From the sequence record OR770614.1: a DNA stretch of 64,000 nt. One strand, written 5' to 3'. A program made the translations under genes and the position numbers. Below the pieces are notes generated by a model that was given only the letters and a program-made list of their open reading frames with translations, was not told the DNA's origin and did no database searches. How positions within the stretch are numbered: the stretch's first letter is position 1; the number at the start of each line of letters is the position of its first letter. Shown piece after piece: positions 1 through 10,359 of this stretch.

Positions 1-215
1 AATTAAATGATGTAGACATAACATTAGAAGATACATTTAAACAGTTTGACATAGAATTCTTCAATGATTACTATAAACACTATAATGGAATATATGAACT
101 TCTTGGAATTAATCAAGAGTTTAAAAATGCTAGTAAGGCATTAGTTTTAAGTAGCTTTATAACTTTAAGAAAAATATCAGATCATTCTTTTACAAAAAAT
201 AATCCCAATACCTAA
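1..215 (+). CDS. 3' end of a hypothetical protein (partial, begins before window)
   Basis: Open frame from nt 3 (LNDVDITLEDTFKQF...NNPNT) to TAA at 213-215, converging on the hairpin at 201-238. Confidence 0.6.
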   Translation, partial: LNDVDITLEDTFKQFDIEFFNDYYKHYNGIYELLGINQEFKNASKALVLSSFITLRKISDHSFTKNNPNT

Positions 216-238
216 TTTTAATTAAAGGTATTGGGATT
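201..238. terminator. Conserved intergenic palindrome (family member), bidirectional terminator candidate
   Basis: AATCCCAATACCT / AGGTATTGGGATT 13-bp stem between convergent genes. Confidence 0.75.
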
Positions 239-242
239 TAAA

Positions 243-1064
243 TTATTGAAATGCTTTATTTCTTTGGGCATTTTCAGTTTCTACTAATTTTACACTTACA
301 CCAAAGTTAACAATAATGTTACTTAGAATGTAGTCTTGTTTTAAGAATTGTGTTGAAGCTTGACGATTCATACTGAATAGTTTATTTGCTCTAGTAACGT
401 AAGCTTTTTGTTCGTTTATTTTTTCTTTTCTGTCAGTTTTTCCTTTTTCTAATTCTTTGATTTCACTAATAGCAGTTTTACTATCTTTTTGGATATCATC
501 TTTTAATTTTTTACATATTCTAGCAGATTCTTTAGAGAATGTTACAAGTTGTTCACTTTGTTTCAATAATGTTTCAACATTTTCTAAATTACCTAAAGCG
601 ATGCGATCATCTGCTTCACTCGCACTGTTATTTCTTAATTCACCGTATTCTTTATCAAAATCATCTGAATAGATCTTATTACTTAAATCTTTTAATTTCT
701 TATAATTTTCGGATTTAGCTAATTTACCAACCGGTATTTTCATTTCTGATTTAGATGCGACAAAATCTGCAAGCAATTTTTTATCTTTTTTAAGTTTAGC
801 TAGAACGGTTGCAGCTAAATTGTGTAATTTAGTTACTTTACCAAAATGTGCTACAAAGAAAGTAGAGAATTTTTTCATAGCTTCCTGAACTGCTTTAACA
901 ATCTTAATAAAGAATTCTTTTAATTTTTTAACCATTTTTTTAATGTTAGAATCTTTATTATCTTTAACAACTTCTTGAACTGCTTCATTCATAGAAATTG
1001 CTTCTGTAACTATTTCTAACTCTTCATTTAAAAAACTTTCTTCAATACTGATATTTTCAATCAT
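243..1064 (-). CDS. Putative virion head/internal protein, paralog family A
   Basis: 273 aa; acidic N-terminus with LNEE/MNEA motifs, then KKLKEFFIKIVKAVQEAMKKFSTFF helix shared with ORFs at 1085, 1903 and 27772. Confidence 0.55.
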   Translation of the reverse strand: MIENISIEESFLNEELEIVTEAISMNEAVQEVVKDNKDSNIKKMVKKLKEFFIKIVKAVQEAMKKFSTFFVAHFGKVTKLHNLAATVLAKLKKDKKLLADFVASKSEMKIPVGKLAKSENYKKLKDLSNKIYSDDFDKEYGELRNNSASEADDRIALGNLENVETLLKQSEQLVTFSKESARICKKLKDDIQKDSKTAISEIKELEKGKTDRKEKINEQKAYVTRANKLFSMNRQASTQFLKQDYILSNIIVNFGVSVKLVETENAQRNKAFQ

Positions 1065-1084
1065 CTTATATTTCCACCCTTTTT

Positions 1085-1822
1085 TTATTTTATATATTCT
1101 TCAACTTTATTTAATAACTCATTATGACTTTTTAATGAATTATTAATGACTTTTCTATATAGTATATTTAATTTGTTCAAGTCATTAACAAGTCTTTGAT
1201 TTTCTTTTATCTTCTCAGCTTCAATTTCTTTAGTAGCAAATTTAATTGAAGTTTCGGAAGCACCTTTCATAGTGTCTGAAGATATTTTAAAAGATTTAGC
1301 AAAATTCTTTGAAGCATTAAACTGTTCAAATGATTTTTCAACTACATATTTTAAATCTAATGACATTGTTAAAGGTATTTCTAAATAATGATTATTCTCA
1401 TTTAGATCCATTTCAAATTCTTTGTATTTTAAATCAAAACTAGTCTTACCTGCATGTTTTAATACATCTTCGTATTTCTTAAGATCTTTAGCTTTCCATA
1501 TATAAAATATAGATGCTGAACCAGATAAATTACTCATTGCAACATTTATATTTTCTTTATTCTTTTCTATTTTCTTAAGTATACTTTTTGTTTTTAGTGT
1601 AGTTCTATTAAAATGTGTATTAAAGAATTTCATAAATTTAACTAATGCATTCTTAATAAGTGATAGTATATTTAGAAAGAATTCTTTAACCATTTCAAAG
1701 AAATTACCAACAGGGGATTCGTTTAAAGAATTTATATTTTCATTAAATAATATTGATTCATTAACTATATTAATTTCTTCTTTAAGAATATCTTCCTTAT
1801 AATTTTTATTAGATAATAAAAT
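1085..1822 (-). CDS. Putative virion head/internal protein, paralog family A (start extended to ATT at 1822)
   Basis: ORF track starts at 1693, but the frame is open 43 codons upstream to ATT preceded by SD AAAGGGG at 7 nt; the extension encodes the family-type VNES/FNEN/LNES leader. Confidence 0.55.
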   Translation of the reverse strand: MLLSNKNYKEDILKEEINIVNESILFNENINSLNESPVGNFFEMVKEFFLNILSLIKNALVKFMKFFNTHFNRTTLKTKSILKKIEKNKENINVAMSNLSGSASIFYIWKAKDLKKYEDVLKHAGKTSFDLKYKEFEMDLNENNHYLEIPLTMSLDLKYVVEKSFEQFNASKNFAKSFKISSDTMKGASETSIKFATKEIEAEKIKENQRLVNDLNKLNILYRKVINNSLKSHNELLNKVEEYIK

Positions 1823-1850
1823 TTTAATACCCCTTTCTTATAAAAATATA

Positions 1851-1886
1851 TTGACCTAATACCCAATTTTAAAGGTATTAGGTCAA
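1851..1886. terminator. Palindrome family variant
   Basis: TTGACCTAATACC / GGTATTAGGTCAA stem downstream of the 1903 ORF. Confidence 0.7.
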
Positions 1887-1902
1887 TAATAAAAATTATT
1901 TA

Positions 1903-2700
1903 TTATGCATTTGCTGGTTTAGATTCTTTTTTATCACTTTTTTTCCCAGCAGCATTAATAGCTTTAGCAGCAGAAAATGCAGTAGCTAAAGTTTGATTAG
2001 AAAGTTTAATTGATTTAGTAATAGCTGAACTAGATAAAGAATGTGCTTTACTAGCATTTGATGCTACACGTTTGTTTTCATTAATAGCTTCTTTATCTTC
2101 TTTAGCAGCAGCTGCTACACCAGCTTTAGCAGCTTCTTGAGCTTTCTTATTAGATTGAGAAACTACACTAGCTGCAGCTTTAACTTTTGAAACTGAGTAA
2201 GAAGCAGCTTTAACAGCATCTCTAGCGTCAGAGATTTTTTTAATTGAACCTTTTACAATATGTTTCTCATCATTAAGACCAGATTTAGCATTTTCAAATC
2301 CACGATCAAAATGAGGACTATCAGCTTTAGCTAATTCTTGTAAGTTTTTCAAAGCAGATGAAGCTAATAGCGTATAACTTCTAGCTTCTTCTAATTCAGC
2401 TTTTGATTTAACTCCTTCAACATATTTTTTAACGTCAGTTAAACGATATTCTAATTTTTTATATACTTCTACAAAGAAAGTAGTGAATTTTTTAAATGCG
2501 TCTGAAATAGCCTTAGCAATTTTAATAAAGAAATCTTTAGCTTTTTTAGCAAGTTCTCCCGCTTTTGAAGGTTTTTTCTCTTCTTCTTCTTCACTAGCTT
2601 CATTTAGAGCATTAACACTTTCTAAAACAAAAAGTTCTGTTTGAGATGCAGAAAGTTCTTCTTGTAAGAAAGACATTTCAAATGATTGATTTTGCAACAT
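1903..2700 (-). CDS. Putative virion head/internal protein, paralog family A (Ala/Lys-rich)
   Basis: 265 aa; LQEE/LNEA leader and KAKDFFIKIAKAISDAFKKFTTFF helix. Confidence 0.55.
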   Translation of the reverse strand: MLQNQSFEMSFLQEELSASQTELFVLESVNALNEASEEEEEKKPSKAGELAKKAKDFFIKIAKAISDAFKKFTTFFVEVYKKLEYRLTDVKKYVEGVKSKAELEEARSYTLLASSALKNLQELAKADSPHFDRGFENAKSGLNDEKHIVKGSIKKISDARDAVKAASYSVSKVKAAASVVSQSNKKAQEAAKAGVAAAAKEDKEAINENKRVASNASKAHSLSSSAITKSIKLSNQTLATAFSAAKAINAAGKKSDKKESKPANA

Positions 2701-2739
2701 TATATTTTTCCTCCATTTATTTTTAATTTATTTTAATAT

Positions 2740-3828
2740 TTAGAATCTAATATTAAAATCATTTTCTAATTCTTTTCCAATTTCAACGTCAATAGATTCT
2801 GATTCTGATCTAGACTGAACTTCAGCTACACCATCTTCAATATCTATTTTATCAGCTAATTTATTTAATCTTTCAGCCATTTTTTCCTGTTTCTTACGTG
2901 CTGAATCACTAATATCATTATCTTTTTCACCTTCAATAATACTAACAGCATCACGTAAATATTCAGCAAAATCTGAACGTTTTTTAATAAAATAAATATA
3001 AGCTTGTTTAATCATTAATAATACCATTGGAGCTAAGGCAATAACAAGTATTCCACCTGCAGCCACTTTAGTTCCTTTATTTAATGATTTTAATTTATTC
3101 ATGATAGTTCCTAAAGCACCATCTTTATATGCTTCACTAGCATCGTCTGCAAGTTTTTTAAAATCAAATTCTTCATTTGTAGAAACAAATGAGCCATCAA
3201 TTTTAAAAATTTCTTTTAGTTTTCCAGCTTTATATGTTTTTAAAAGATTATCTAAAGTTTTAAGCTCTATTGAATCTTTTTTACTTAATTTTTTATCAGT
3301 GAATTTTAAATTTCCATTAAGATCTTTTTCAAATCCTAAGAAGAAAAGTTGTACTGTAGCTGACATAACAGAAGCAGCTATAGTTGTATAAGTCAATTGA
3401 CCTACTTCATTATCATTTGTAAAACATTTTTTAAAATTTTGTTTTTCTTTTTCAAGCAATTTTACAGAATTCTCAATAGTGTCAAAAGCGAAAATAAGTG
3501 TTTTGTCAAAGCCTTTAGATTTTTGAGCTTTTATGTAATTAAAAGTTTTCTCAAAATCTTTATACGCTTTGATTTTCTTAAAATCACCCTTACTAGAAAG
3601 AATTGATTTTAAGTTTTTATTTCCAGATTTTTTCAACAGTTTATCAGACATTTTAGCTACGCTTAAACCAAGAGCTTCTACTTGCTCTTCAGGTGATAAA
3701 CGTTTAAAAGGTCTGAAGGGTAAAGAGAATTCCTGTAAAACTTTTTGAGACATTGCATCTTCATTTAAAAGATGTTTACGTTCAAGTTCCACAGAGAATT
3801 CCACTTCCTTTCTAGAGTTAATATACAA
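2740..3828 (-). CDS. Hypothetical, probably virion protein
   Basis: 362 aa; late-type promoter AACA-N6-TA at 3888-3899; LLNED/TNEE motifs. Confidence 0.5.
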   Translation of the reverse strand: MYINSRKEVEFSVELERKHLLNEDAMSQKVLQEFSLPFRPFKRLSPEEQVEALGLSVAKMSDKLLKKSGNKNLKSILSSKGDFKKIKAYKDFEKTFNYIKAQKSKGFDKTLIFAFDTIENSVKLLEKEKQNFKKCFTNDNEVGQLTYTTIAASVMSATVQLFFLGFEKDLNGNLKFTDKKLSKKDSIELKTLDNLLKTYKAGKLKEIFKIDGSFVSTNEEFDFKKLADDASEAYKDGALGTIMNKLKSLNKGTKVAAGGILVIALAPMVLLMIKQAYIYFIKKRSDFAEYLRDAVSIIEGEKDNDISDSARKKQEKMAERLNKLADKIDIEDGVAEVQSRSESESIDVEIGKELENDFNIRF

Positions 3829-3969
3829 ATAAAATAAAAATATAGAATCACTACACGCTAATATAATTTTTCTAATTTTATATTTTATAAATAAATGTTT
3901 AAATTAAATAAACCTTAATTTTCTTCATCTTAAGATTTTATATATACATTATAACTAAAAGTTTCTAAA

Positions 3970-5517
3970 TTATCGTTTTAATAATTTAGCTAAATCTTTA
4001 GAATCAATGTCACCTTTTTTACTATCACTGCTTACTTTCAAAGCACCTAATTTATTTTGTTTTATAATTTCAAATTTACGATGTTCTGGAAGATATTTGT
4101 AAACCAATTCTCTAGCTTCATCAATTACGATAAATTCTAATAAGAAGAATTCTTTATAAACTTTATCTACAGCACGTCTATCATTTAATAAATCAACGCC
4201 AGTTTTACGTTTAACTTCTTGAGTTTCATCAATGCTAATCATTAAAGCTGTTGTAGGAATATAATTTCCGGATTTAGATCTAGTAATACTACCAGCTCTA
4301 TCTACAGTATAAATAGAATTTAATTTATTCCAAATAGCACCTGTACGTCCTTTTTTAGAATCTCTAGCAATTTTCTTAGTTCTTTCAGTATCTAATAATA
4401 AATCTCTAAATAATCTTAATTCACCTGTAGTAAATTTAACTAATTTAGTTACAAGATTAGATTTTCTAGATTTATCAGATAAATAGAATACTACATCTTC
4501 TGTTTTAACAGGATGTACTACAGTTTTTACACCAAATTTAACTGGTTTACTAGGATGATTAATTCCTGAAACTGGTTCACCTTTAGAATCTGTAATTAAG
4601 AAAGTAACATTCGTATTAACCATAGTTGGTATAGATGAATTTAATTTATCTTTTTGAATTGTAGTAGTAGTTCCATAATTATCATATTGATTCGTTTGTA
4701 TATCAGGTTTTACTCCTATAATATTTTTAATATATGAACTAAATGCTTCAGCAATTTCCATAGAACCATATAAGAATTTCATACCATTATCAGATAAAGT
4801 TCCTTCATTACTTGATGTTTTCAAGATATCATATAGTGATCTTGAATTGTCTTCTCCACCTCTATATTTAACCTCTTTCAAATTATTAAATAAGAATTCC
4901 AGTTGTTCACCGTTAGAATTCGGTTTAATTATATATACTGTTGCAGTATAAGTATCCTTAGTATCAGGATTATTAGCCTTTAAGAATTCTTTAACGTCAA
5001 ATTCAATATAACCTTTAATCTCTCTTGAATCCTCAAAATCAATTGTTTCTTCATTTAATAAATCCATTTCTTCTTTAGTAATTGACATATCATTAATTGA
5101 AGTTTTATTAAATTTTTCGTCTGGTGACTCAGTTAAATAATCATTAACACGTTTAATATCTTGCTTAGTACTTTCATTAAAATTAATATTTTGATGTAAG
5201 TCTCCCATAAATGAATTTGGATCTTTTGGATTATATTCTTGAATTGGAGTATTTGTTAAAATATATTCAAATTCATATGCTCTTTCTAATTCTAATTGAT
5301 TTCTCATTAATTCCACAGTATCATTATCTAAAGCATCAGAAGTCACTAATGGAAATTGTAAAATAAAATCTCCAGCTTTTCCTCTTAGTGTTCTATCGAA
5401 TGGTCTTTTACGTCTACTGTTATTTTTATAGTTATTTTTTACATTACCTGTAGTGGAATCCTTAAGTAAATCAATAACATCTGAAAGTATATTTACTTTT
5501 TTAACCAAAACTTTCAC
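3970..5517 (-). CDS. Hypothetical, probably virion structural protein
   Basis: 515 aa, GTG start with SD; late-type promoter at 5548-5559. Confidence 0.55.
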   Translation of the reverse strand: MKVLVKKVNILSDVIDLLKDSTTGNVKNNYKNNSRRKRPFDRTLRGKAGDFILQFPLVTSDALDNDTVELMRNQLELERAYEFEYILTNTPIQEYNPKDPNSFMGDLHQNINFNESTKQDIKRVNDYLTESPDEKFNKTSINDMSITKEEMDLLNEETIDFEDSREIKGYIEFDVKEFLKANNPDTKDTYTATVYIIKPNSNGEQLEFLFNNLKEVKYRGGEDNSRSLYDILKTSSNEGTLSDNGMKFLYGSMEIAEAFSSYIKNIIGVKPDIQTNQYDNYGTTTTIQKDKLNSSIPTMVNTNVTFLITDSKGEPVSGINHPSKPVKFGVKTVVHPVKTEDVVFYLSDKSRKSNLVTKLVKFTTGELRLFRDLLLDTERTKKIARDSKKGRTGAIWNKLNSIYTVDRAGSITRSKSGNYIPTTALMISIDETQEVKRKTGVDLLNDRRAVDKVYKEFFLLEFIVIDEARELVYKYLPEHRKFEIIKQNKLGALKVSSDSKKGDIDSKDLAKLLKR

Positions 5518-5605
5518 TGCCTTTCCTTATTTTTATTAAGATTTTTATAAAATTATGTTTGATGATGATTTTTAGTAAAAAAAGTAAAAAAAAAAATAAT
5601 CATCA

Positions 5606-5629
5606 TCGATCTCTAATTAAAGAGATCGA
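5606..5629 (-). terminator. Intrinsic terminator
   Basis: TCGATCTCT-AATTAA-AGAGATCGA hairpin with a downstream U-tract on the minus strand. Confidence 0.75.
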
Positions 5630-5812
5630 CAATGATTATCATAATATGAAATGAGTTGTTTTTTAAGTACTGTTATATTTAAGAAGGTTATCGCTTTAGG
5701 CGTTCGCCTGCCATATACTAGAAGCGATAAAATACGTATATGACTACTTTCCTGTTTTCCGATACAGTTCCGTTCATTAAATTTATTTCTATTTTTATTA
5801 ATTACTGAGTTT

Positions 5813-5956
5813 CTATATTTTTGGTGTATACAACACTTCATTTAAAATGAAATCATTTAAATTCATACACTTTTCTTTATTTCTTTTGCCATTATCTTGA
5901 TATATATTTTCTTTTTTATAATTTTCTTCCTTCTTTATTATTTCTTCTAATGTCAT
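5813..5956 (-). CDS. Small 47-aa ORF (MTLEEIIKKEENYKKENIYQDNGKRNKEKCMNLNDFILNEVLYTPKI), not in ORF track
   Basis: ATG 5956 to TAG 5813, preceded by SD-like AGGGGAA. Confidence 0.45.
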   Translation of the reverse strand: MTLEEIIKKEENYKKENIYQDNGKRNKEKCMNLNDFILNEVLYTPKI

Positions 5957-6327
5957 TTATTTTTATTCCCCTATACGAGCAGCATATCTCTTACGCTATC
6001 TTATAAATATGTGTAGACTATATTAATCTTATAATAAGATCAATACACCCAAATATAACAGTACGACTTTTTGATTTTAATTAATAATCTTTTTTATTTA
6101 ACTCATTTTGTCTACAATTAGCATTTATTTCCTATTCGATAACTGGGAGGTCCCAGACCTTCTGCTCTTTAATTATAAGGGTGAATTAAAGAGTCAGGCA
6201 TATTTATAGACTAGTTATAAGAGCGAAGAAAGATGACATTCTCTCTTCCATTATTATAATATAAATTTAAAAATTAAATTAAAATAATAAATGTGCTTTA
6301 ACATGTACTTATTAAAATTTTAAGAAA

Positions 6328-7317
6328 ATGAATGGTGGTGAAGAAAGATTGGCTGAAGATGATAAAAGCTTAGAAACTTCTTTTAAGGAAGAACTTAAAA
6401 AAGAAGGTAATGTAAAAGAAATAGAATCCTTTAACCCTTATAGAATGAAGGATAAAAATTCAGAAATATTTAATAAAGGATTACCTTATATTTTCTTTAC
6501 TGCTCCTCGTTTAAATTTAGTAGATGGTAATATAAATAGAGATAGTTTCTTTTCATATCTTAAAAGTGTTAAACCAAAATTATTAGAAACTTTAAATTTT
6601 AGTAATTTAAATGCTATAAGTTCAGGTAAACCTTTTATTCCAATCCTTTCAAATAGATTTATGGGTATATCTATACCTGATACACAAACTACAATGAAAG
6701 AATTCCATGAAACATTCTATGGATATAAACAACACTTACCGGTAGGAACAGTTAACTCAATTGCCGGTGGAGAAATTGCTGTTGACTTTGAAGAAAATAA
6801 AAATATAGATATTATACATTTAATAAAAGCTTGGAGCGAATATATTGAAGGAGTTACTAGAGGTTACATGTATCCTTCAGATGATGCTAAAGATAAACGC
6901 TATATAGATTATACTAGTTCTATATATTATTTCTTATTAGATTTTGATGGTGAAACTGTATTACATTACTCTAAATACACAGGATGTTTTCCTATTAATG
7001 TACCGTATGATATATTCTCTCAAAATGTTGGTGAAGATGTAGACGTTCCACATGTATCAGTTAACTTTGCTTATTCGTATAAAGAAGATATGAATCCAGA
7101 TACTTTAGTTGATTTTAATACAGTATCAACAATGGGAAGTTCAGTTGCAAATGCTTCAGGTGCTTCTCCTATAAGAGCTAATATAAATGCAGTAACAATG
7201 GGTGTTAAACTTAAATACGATGAAATGTATCCTATTAATACAGGTAATCCTTATATTGCGATGGGATCAAGAAGTGAAGATGGATCACAAAATAAATATA
7301 GATTAAGATTTTTATAA
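6328..7317 (+). CDS. Tail-tube-fold baseplate/tail protein (T4 gp19/gp48/gp54-like, tentative)
   Basis: 329 aa; KYTGCFPINVP and V.F.YSY motifs typical of tube-fold proteins; directly upstream of the baseplate wedge; late promoter 6300-6311. Confidence 0.5.
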   Translation: MNGGEERLAEDDKSLETSFKEELKKEGNVKEIESFNPYRMKDKNSEIFNKGLPYIFFTAPRLNLVDGNINRDSFFSYLKSVKPKLLETLNFSNLNAISSGKPFIPILSNRFMGISIPDTQTTMKEFHETFYGYKQHLPVGTVNSIAGGEIAVDFEENKNIDIIHLIKAWSEYIEGVTRGYMYPSDDAKDKRYIDYTSSIYYFLLDFDGETVLHYSKYTGCFPINVPYDIFSQNVGEDVDVPHVSVNFAYSYKEDMNPDTLVDFNTVSTMGSSVANASGASPIRANINAVTMGVKLKYDEMYPINTGNPYIAMGSRSEDGSQNKYRLRFL

Positions 7318-7340
7318 GAAAGTGAGTTGAAATTAATAAA

Positions 7341-10331
7341 ATGGCTATAACACAGTATTTCTCTAACGAACAAGAGAAATTAGATTTTTTAAATAATGCT
7401 AAGATAGATACGGATAGTGTTATTAAAATAGGAAGTACTTCATATGATGTTAAAGAAAAATGGTTTAATATGGCTAGTAAATTCTTTGAAATTGATACTG
7501 AAAATACTCCTATTGATGATAATGAAAATGAAGAACTTATTAGTTTGCTTAAAGCAGGCTTATTTGGTTATATTAATGAAATTAATTCTCATGAAGTTAA
7601 AAATGCTATTTATCACAGAAATGTTTTGTATGATGAATTATTCTTAAATACAGCATCAATACCGATGTCAATTTATAACTTTGCTAAATTATATAACGTA
7701 CCTATTCAAATGGCTACTCCTGCTAATTTTAAAGTAGATTTAGTAGTTAGAAAAGAGGATATATTAAAACTTCCAACTAAAGAGATTATATCCACTAAAA
7801 CTATTGATAAGGAAAAATCTTTAAAAACATATGAAGCAACTATATCTAAAAAACAAGATTTCACTATAGGTAACTTTAAATATAGCTTACCTTATGATGT
7901 TTCTATTATATTAAAACAATATCCAGTTACTAAAGATGGTAAAGAATTAATTGATTATAAAATATCAGCTAATTATAATATAGATAACAACTTATTTAAA
8001 TTCTCATCTATACTAGACAATAATGTTAAAGTAACTAAAAATATTTCTAATGGAATAGATTATTTATTCTTTAGTCTAGATCTATATCAAATTGATAGAG
8101 TTGAAAAAGAATTTAATATTACAAGTAATGATATTGCAGAAAATATTTATCTAGATAGTAGTTATGAAGGTCAATTAGCCGGGTTTAATGTATTTTATGA
8201 ATATATGGGTGAAAGAATCCCTATGGAAACTTATTTCAATAATACATTTACTCCAGATACAGATAATCCTTTCTGTTATTATAATTTTAAAGAGGAAAAT
8301 AAATTAGAAATATCTTTCTCTAATATTGCTAATTCATTTAGACCTAAAGCAAATAGTAGAGTTATAATTGAAACTTTAACTACTAGAGGTGAACAAGGTA
8401 ACTTTAATTATAATGATACATTAAATGTATCATTAGAATCTGGAGTTAGTACATTTGAAAAAATACCTGTTACAGTATTACCTAAAGGAAATTCTGTTAA
8501 CGGTAGAAATAAACCTACAGTAAACTCAGAGAAAAGACGTATTATTAATAAAGCTATAACTAGAGATAATATTATTACAGATTTTGATATTAAAAATTAT
8601 TTTAATGAAGTTAATGATAGTAATAATATTAATAATTCATTTATTAATTTCGTTAAGAAACGTAATGATCTATATACACGTATGTATAATGCATTCTTAT
8701 TATTAAGAGATAGTGATAATAAGGTTATGCCTACAAACACTGCACCTTATTTAGATTTCCCTAAAGAATATTTTATTGGAAATACATCTCTAGGAAATGA
8801 AGAAGACGGTTATGTTATTCCAGAAAATAGTCTATTTAAATACGATCATGAAGAAAAAGAATATATCCATATACCTGATGGTTTAGATGATAAAGATGAA
8901 AAAGAAAAATTTGAAAAAGATAAGGATTCTTTATATTATGTAAATCCTTTCTTAATCAAGATTAATAAGTATCCTTTCTTATCTTCCAACTATTATAAAC
9001 TTCATGTAAATGATTTATTCTCAACTGAATATAAATACATTAATGATTTAATACCTAGTAATATAACTACAACTGATTTATATGTAGAAAAATTAAATGA
9101 TTTCAAAAATACATTAGAGTCAGATACATTTAAATTTAGTGTAGAAATTGGTATGGATACATCATTACAAGAAATGAAAGATTTATTAAGTGTTAGAGCA
9201 GTTCTATTATCTCAAGAAACTGGAGAGAAGTATGGTTACTTTGAATTAAAACCAGAAGAAAATATTGAATCTGAAAATAATATTATTGATGACAGTGATA
9301 GTAGTGTTGATAAATCTTCACTATATACAGGTATGATATCTACAAATAGATCTTTCCATGAAGGAAAACTAGCAATCACAGATTCATTATATGATTCAAA
9401 AGGTATTGTACAAGATAATGTATTTATAGATGAGAAATTTGTAGTCAAAATTGGAATTATGTATAAAGATGAAGATATGAGATATTTTAATGAATTAGAT
9501 TATTCTGATGAAATGAATTTCTTTAAAGATGCTTTTCCTAATCATGAAGATAATGAAATTAATGACTATACATTAGCTTGTTCTATGGAAACTTTTGAAG
9601 GAGTATCTATCTATAAAGATATGTCAAATGTAATGAATAGTACAATATCCATGGATGATTCTAAATGTAGAGTGGAATTAATACCAATGTTTTCATTAGG
9701 TTACTTTATGAATAATTATGAAGAAGTATATAAAGTATTAGATGGTTATAAAGGTATACTAGAAGATGCTATTCCTAGATTACAAAATAATACTAGTATA
9801 GATATGAAACTGTATAATACAAAAGGTCCTTCTAATAATTATTATTTAGATACTAAATTAAATGATGATAATGTAGAAAATAAATATATTTCTAGAACTG
9901 ATATATTACTAGATCTAAATATAACATTATATGCTCCAATTAATGATTTCTTAGATAAAGAAATTAAAAGATATATATCAGATTTTATTGAAGCATGTAA
10001 TGAAAATGGTATTATACCTATATCTAATTTAATAAGATTATTAGAACAAAATTTTGATATTATTAAATATATTGTATTTAATGGAATTTCAGGTAAATAT
10101 GCAGAGAAAGTTGATAATCACTATCAAAAACTTCTTAACACTAATTTAGGTTATAATGATCTAAATAAACAAGAAATTATCGAATATGTTCCAGAATATA
10201 TAAATATTAAAAAGAATCTTAGAGAAAATAAAGTAGAAATTGAAAATGAAGATAATTCAACAGGAACTACAGTTATAGATTTAGGATTAACTTATGATGA
10301 TGTTGTAAATGTTACTTATTCAGTTTCTTAA
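7341..10331 (+). CDS. Baseplate wedge subunit (T4 gp6/baseplate J-like)
   Basis: 996 aa; TLTTRGEQGN and NKAITRDNIITDFD motifs resemble gp6/J proteins; structural context. Confidence 0.6.
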   Translation: MAITQYFSNEQEKLDFLNNAKIDTDSVIKIGSTSYDVKEKWFNMASKFFEIDTENTPIDDNENEELISLLKAGLFGYINEINSHEVKNAIYHRNVLYDELFLNTASIPMSIYNFAKLYNVPIQMATPANFKVDLVVRKEDILKLPTKEIISTKTIDKEKSLKTYEATISKKQDFTIGNFKYSLPYDVSIILKQYPVTKDGKELIDYKISANYNIDNNLFKFSSILDNNVKVTKNISNGIDYLFFSLDLYQIDRVEKEFNITSNDIAENIYLDSSYEGQLAGFNVFYEYMGERIPMETYFNNTFTPDTDNPFCYYNFKEENKLEISFSNIANSFRPKANSRVIIETLTTRGEQGNFNYNDTLNVSLESGVSTFEKIPVTVLPKGNSVNGRNKPTVNSEKRRIINKAITRDNIITDFDIKNYFNEVNDSNNINNSFINFVKKRNDLYTRMYNAFLLLRDSDNKVMPTNTAPYLDFPKEYFIGNTSLGNEEDGYVIPENSLFKYDHEEKEYIHIPDGLDDKDEKEKFEKDKDSLYYVNPFLIKINKYPFLSSNYYKLHVNDLFSTEYKYINDLIPSNITTTDLYVEKLNDFKNTLESDTFKFSVEIGMDTSLQEMKDLLSVRAVLLSQETGEKYGYFELKPEENIESENNIIDDSDSSVDKSSLYTGMISTNRSFHEGKLAITDSLYDSKGIVQDNVFIDEKFVVKIGIMYKDEDMRYFNELDYSDEMNFFKDAFPNHEDNEINDYTLACSMETFEGVSIYKDMSNVMNSTISMDDSKCRVELIPMFSLGYFMNNYEEVYKVLDGYKGILEDAIPRLQNNTSIDMKLYNTKGPSNNYYLDTKLNDDNVENKYISRTDILLDLNITLYAPINDFLDKEIKRYISDFIEACNENGIIPISNLIRLLEQNFDIIKYIVFNGISGKYAEKVDNHYQKLLNTNLGYNDLNKQEIIEYVPEYINIKKNLRENKVEIENEDNSTGTTVIDLGLTYDDVVNVTYSVS

Positions 10332-10359
10332 TATAAAATAAAAAGGAGAATTTAAACTT

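Larger units (their letters stand above)
5590..6250 (-). ncRNA. Candidate large structured RNA enclosing a small ORF
   Basis: Early-type promoter 6255-6271 and terminator 5606-5629; long-range complementary segments, e.g. 5667-5680 with 6051-6064 (14 bp perfect). Confidence 0.55.

Noticed and set aside
5617-5841. 74-aa ORF from the track
   Set aside because: No SD, overlaps the better-supported 47-aa ORF, and runs through the paired 3' RNA domain into the terminator
5590-6250. RNase P RNA, tmRNA or retron msr-msd
   Set aside because: GGAAAGT is present but there is no P4 partner or CR-V; no tRNA-like acceptor/T arm; no reverse transcriptase in the window
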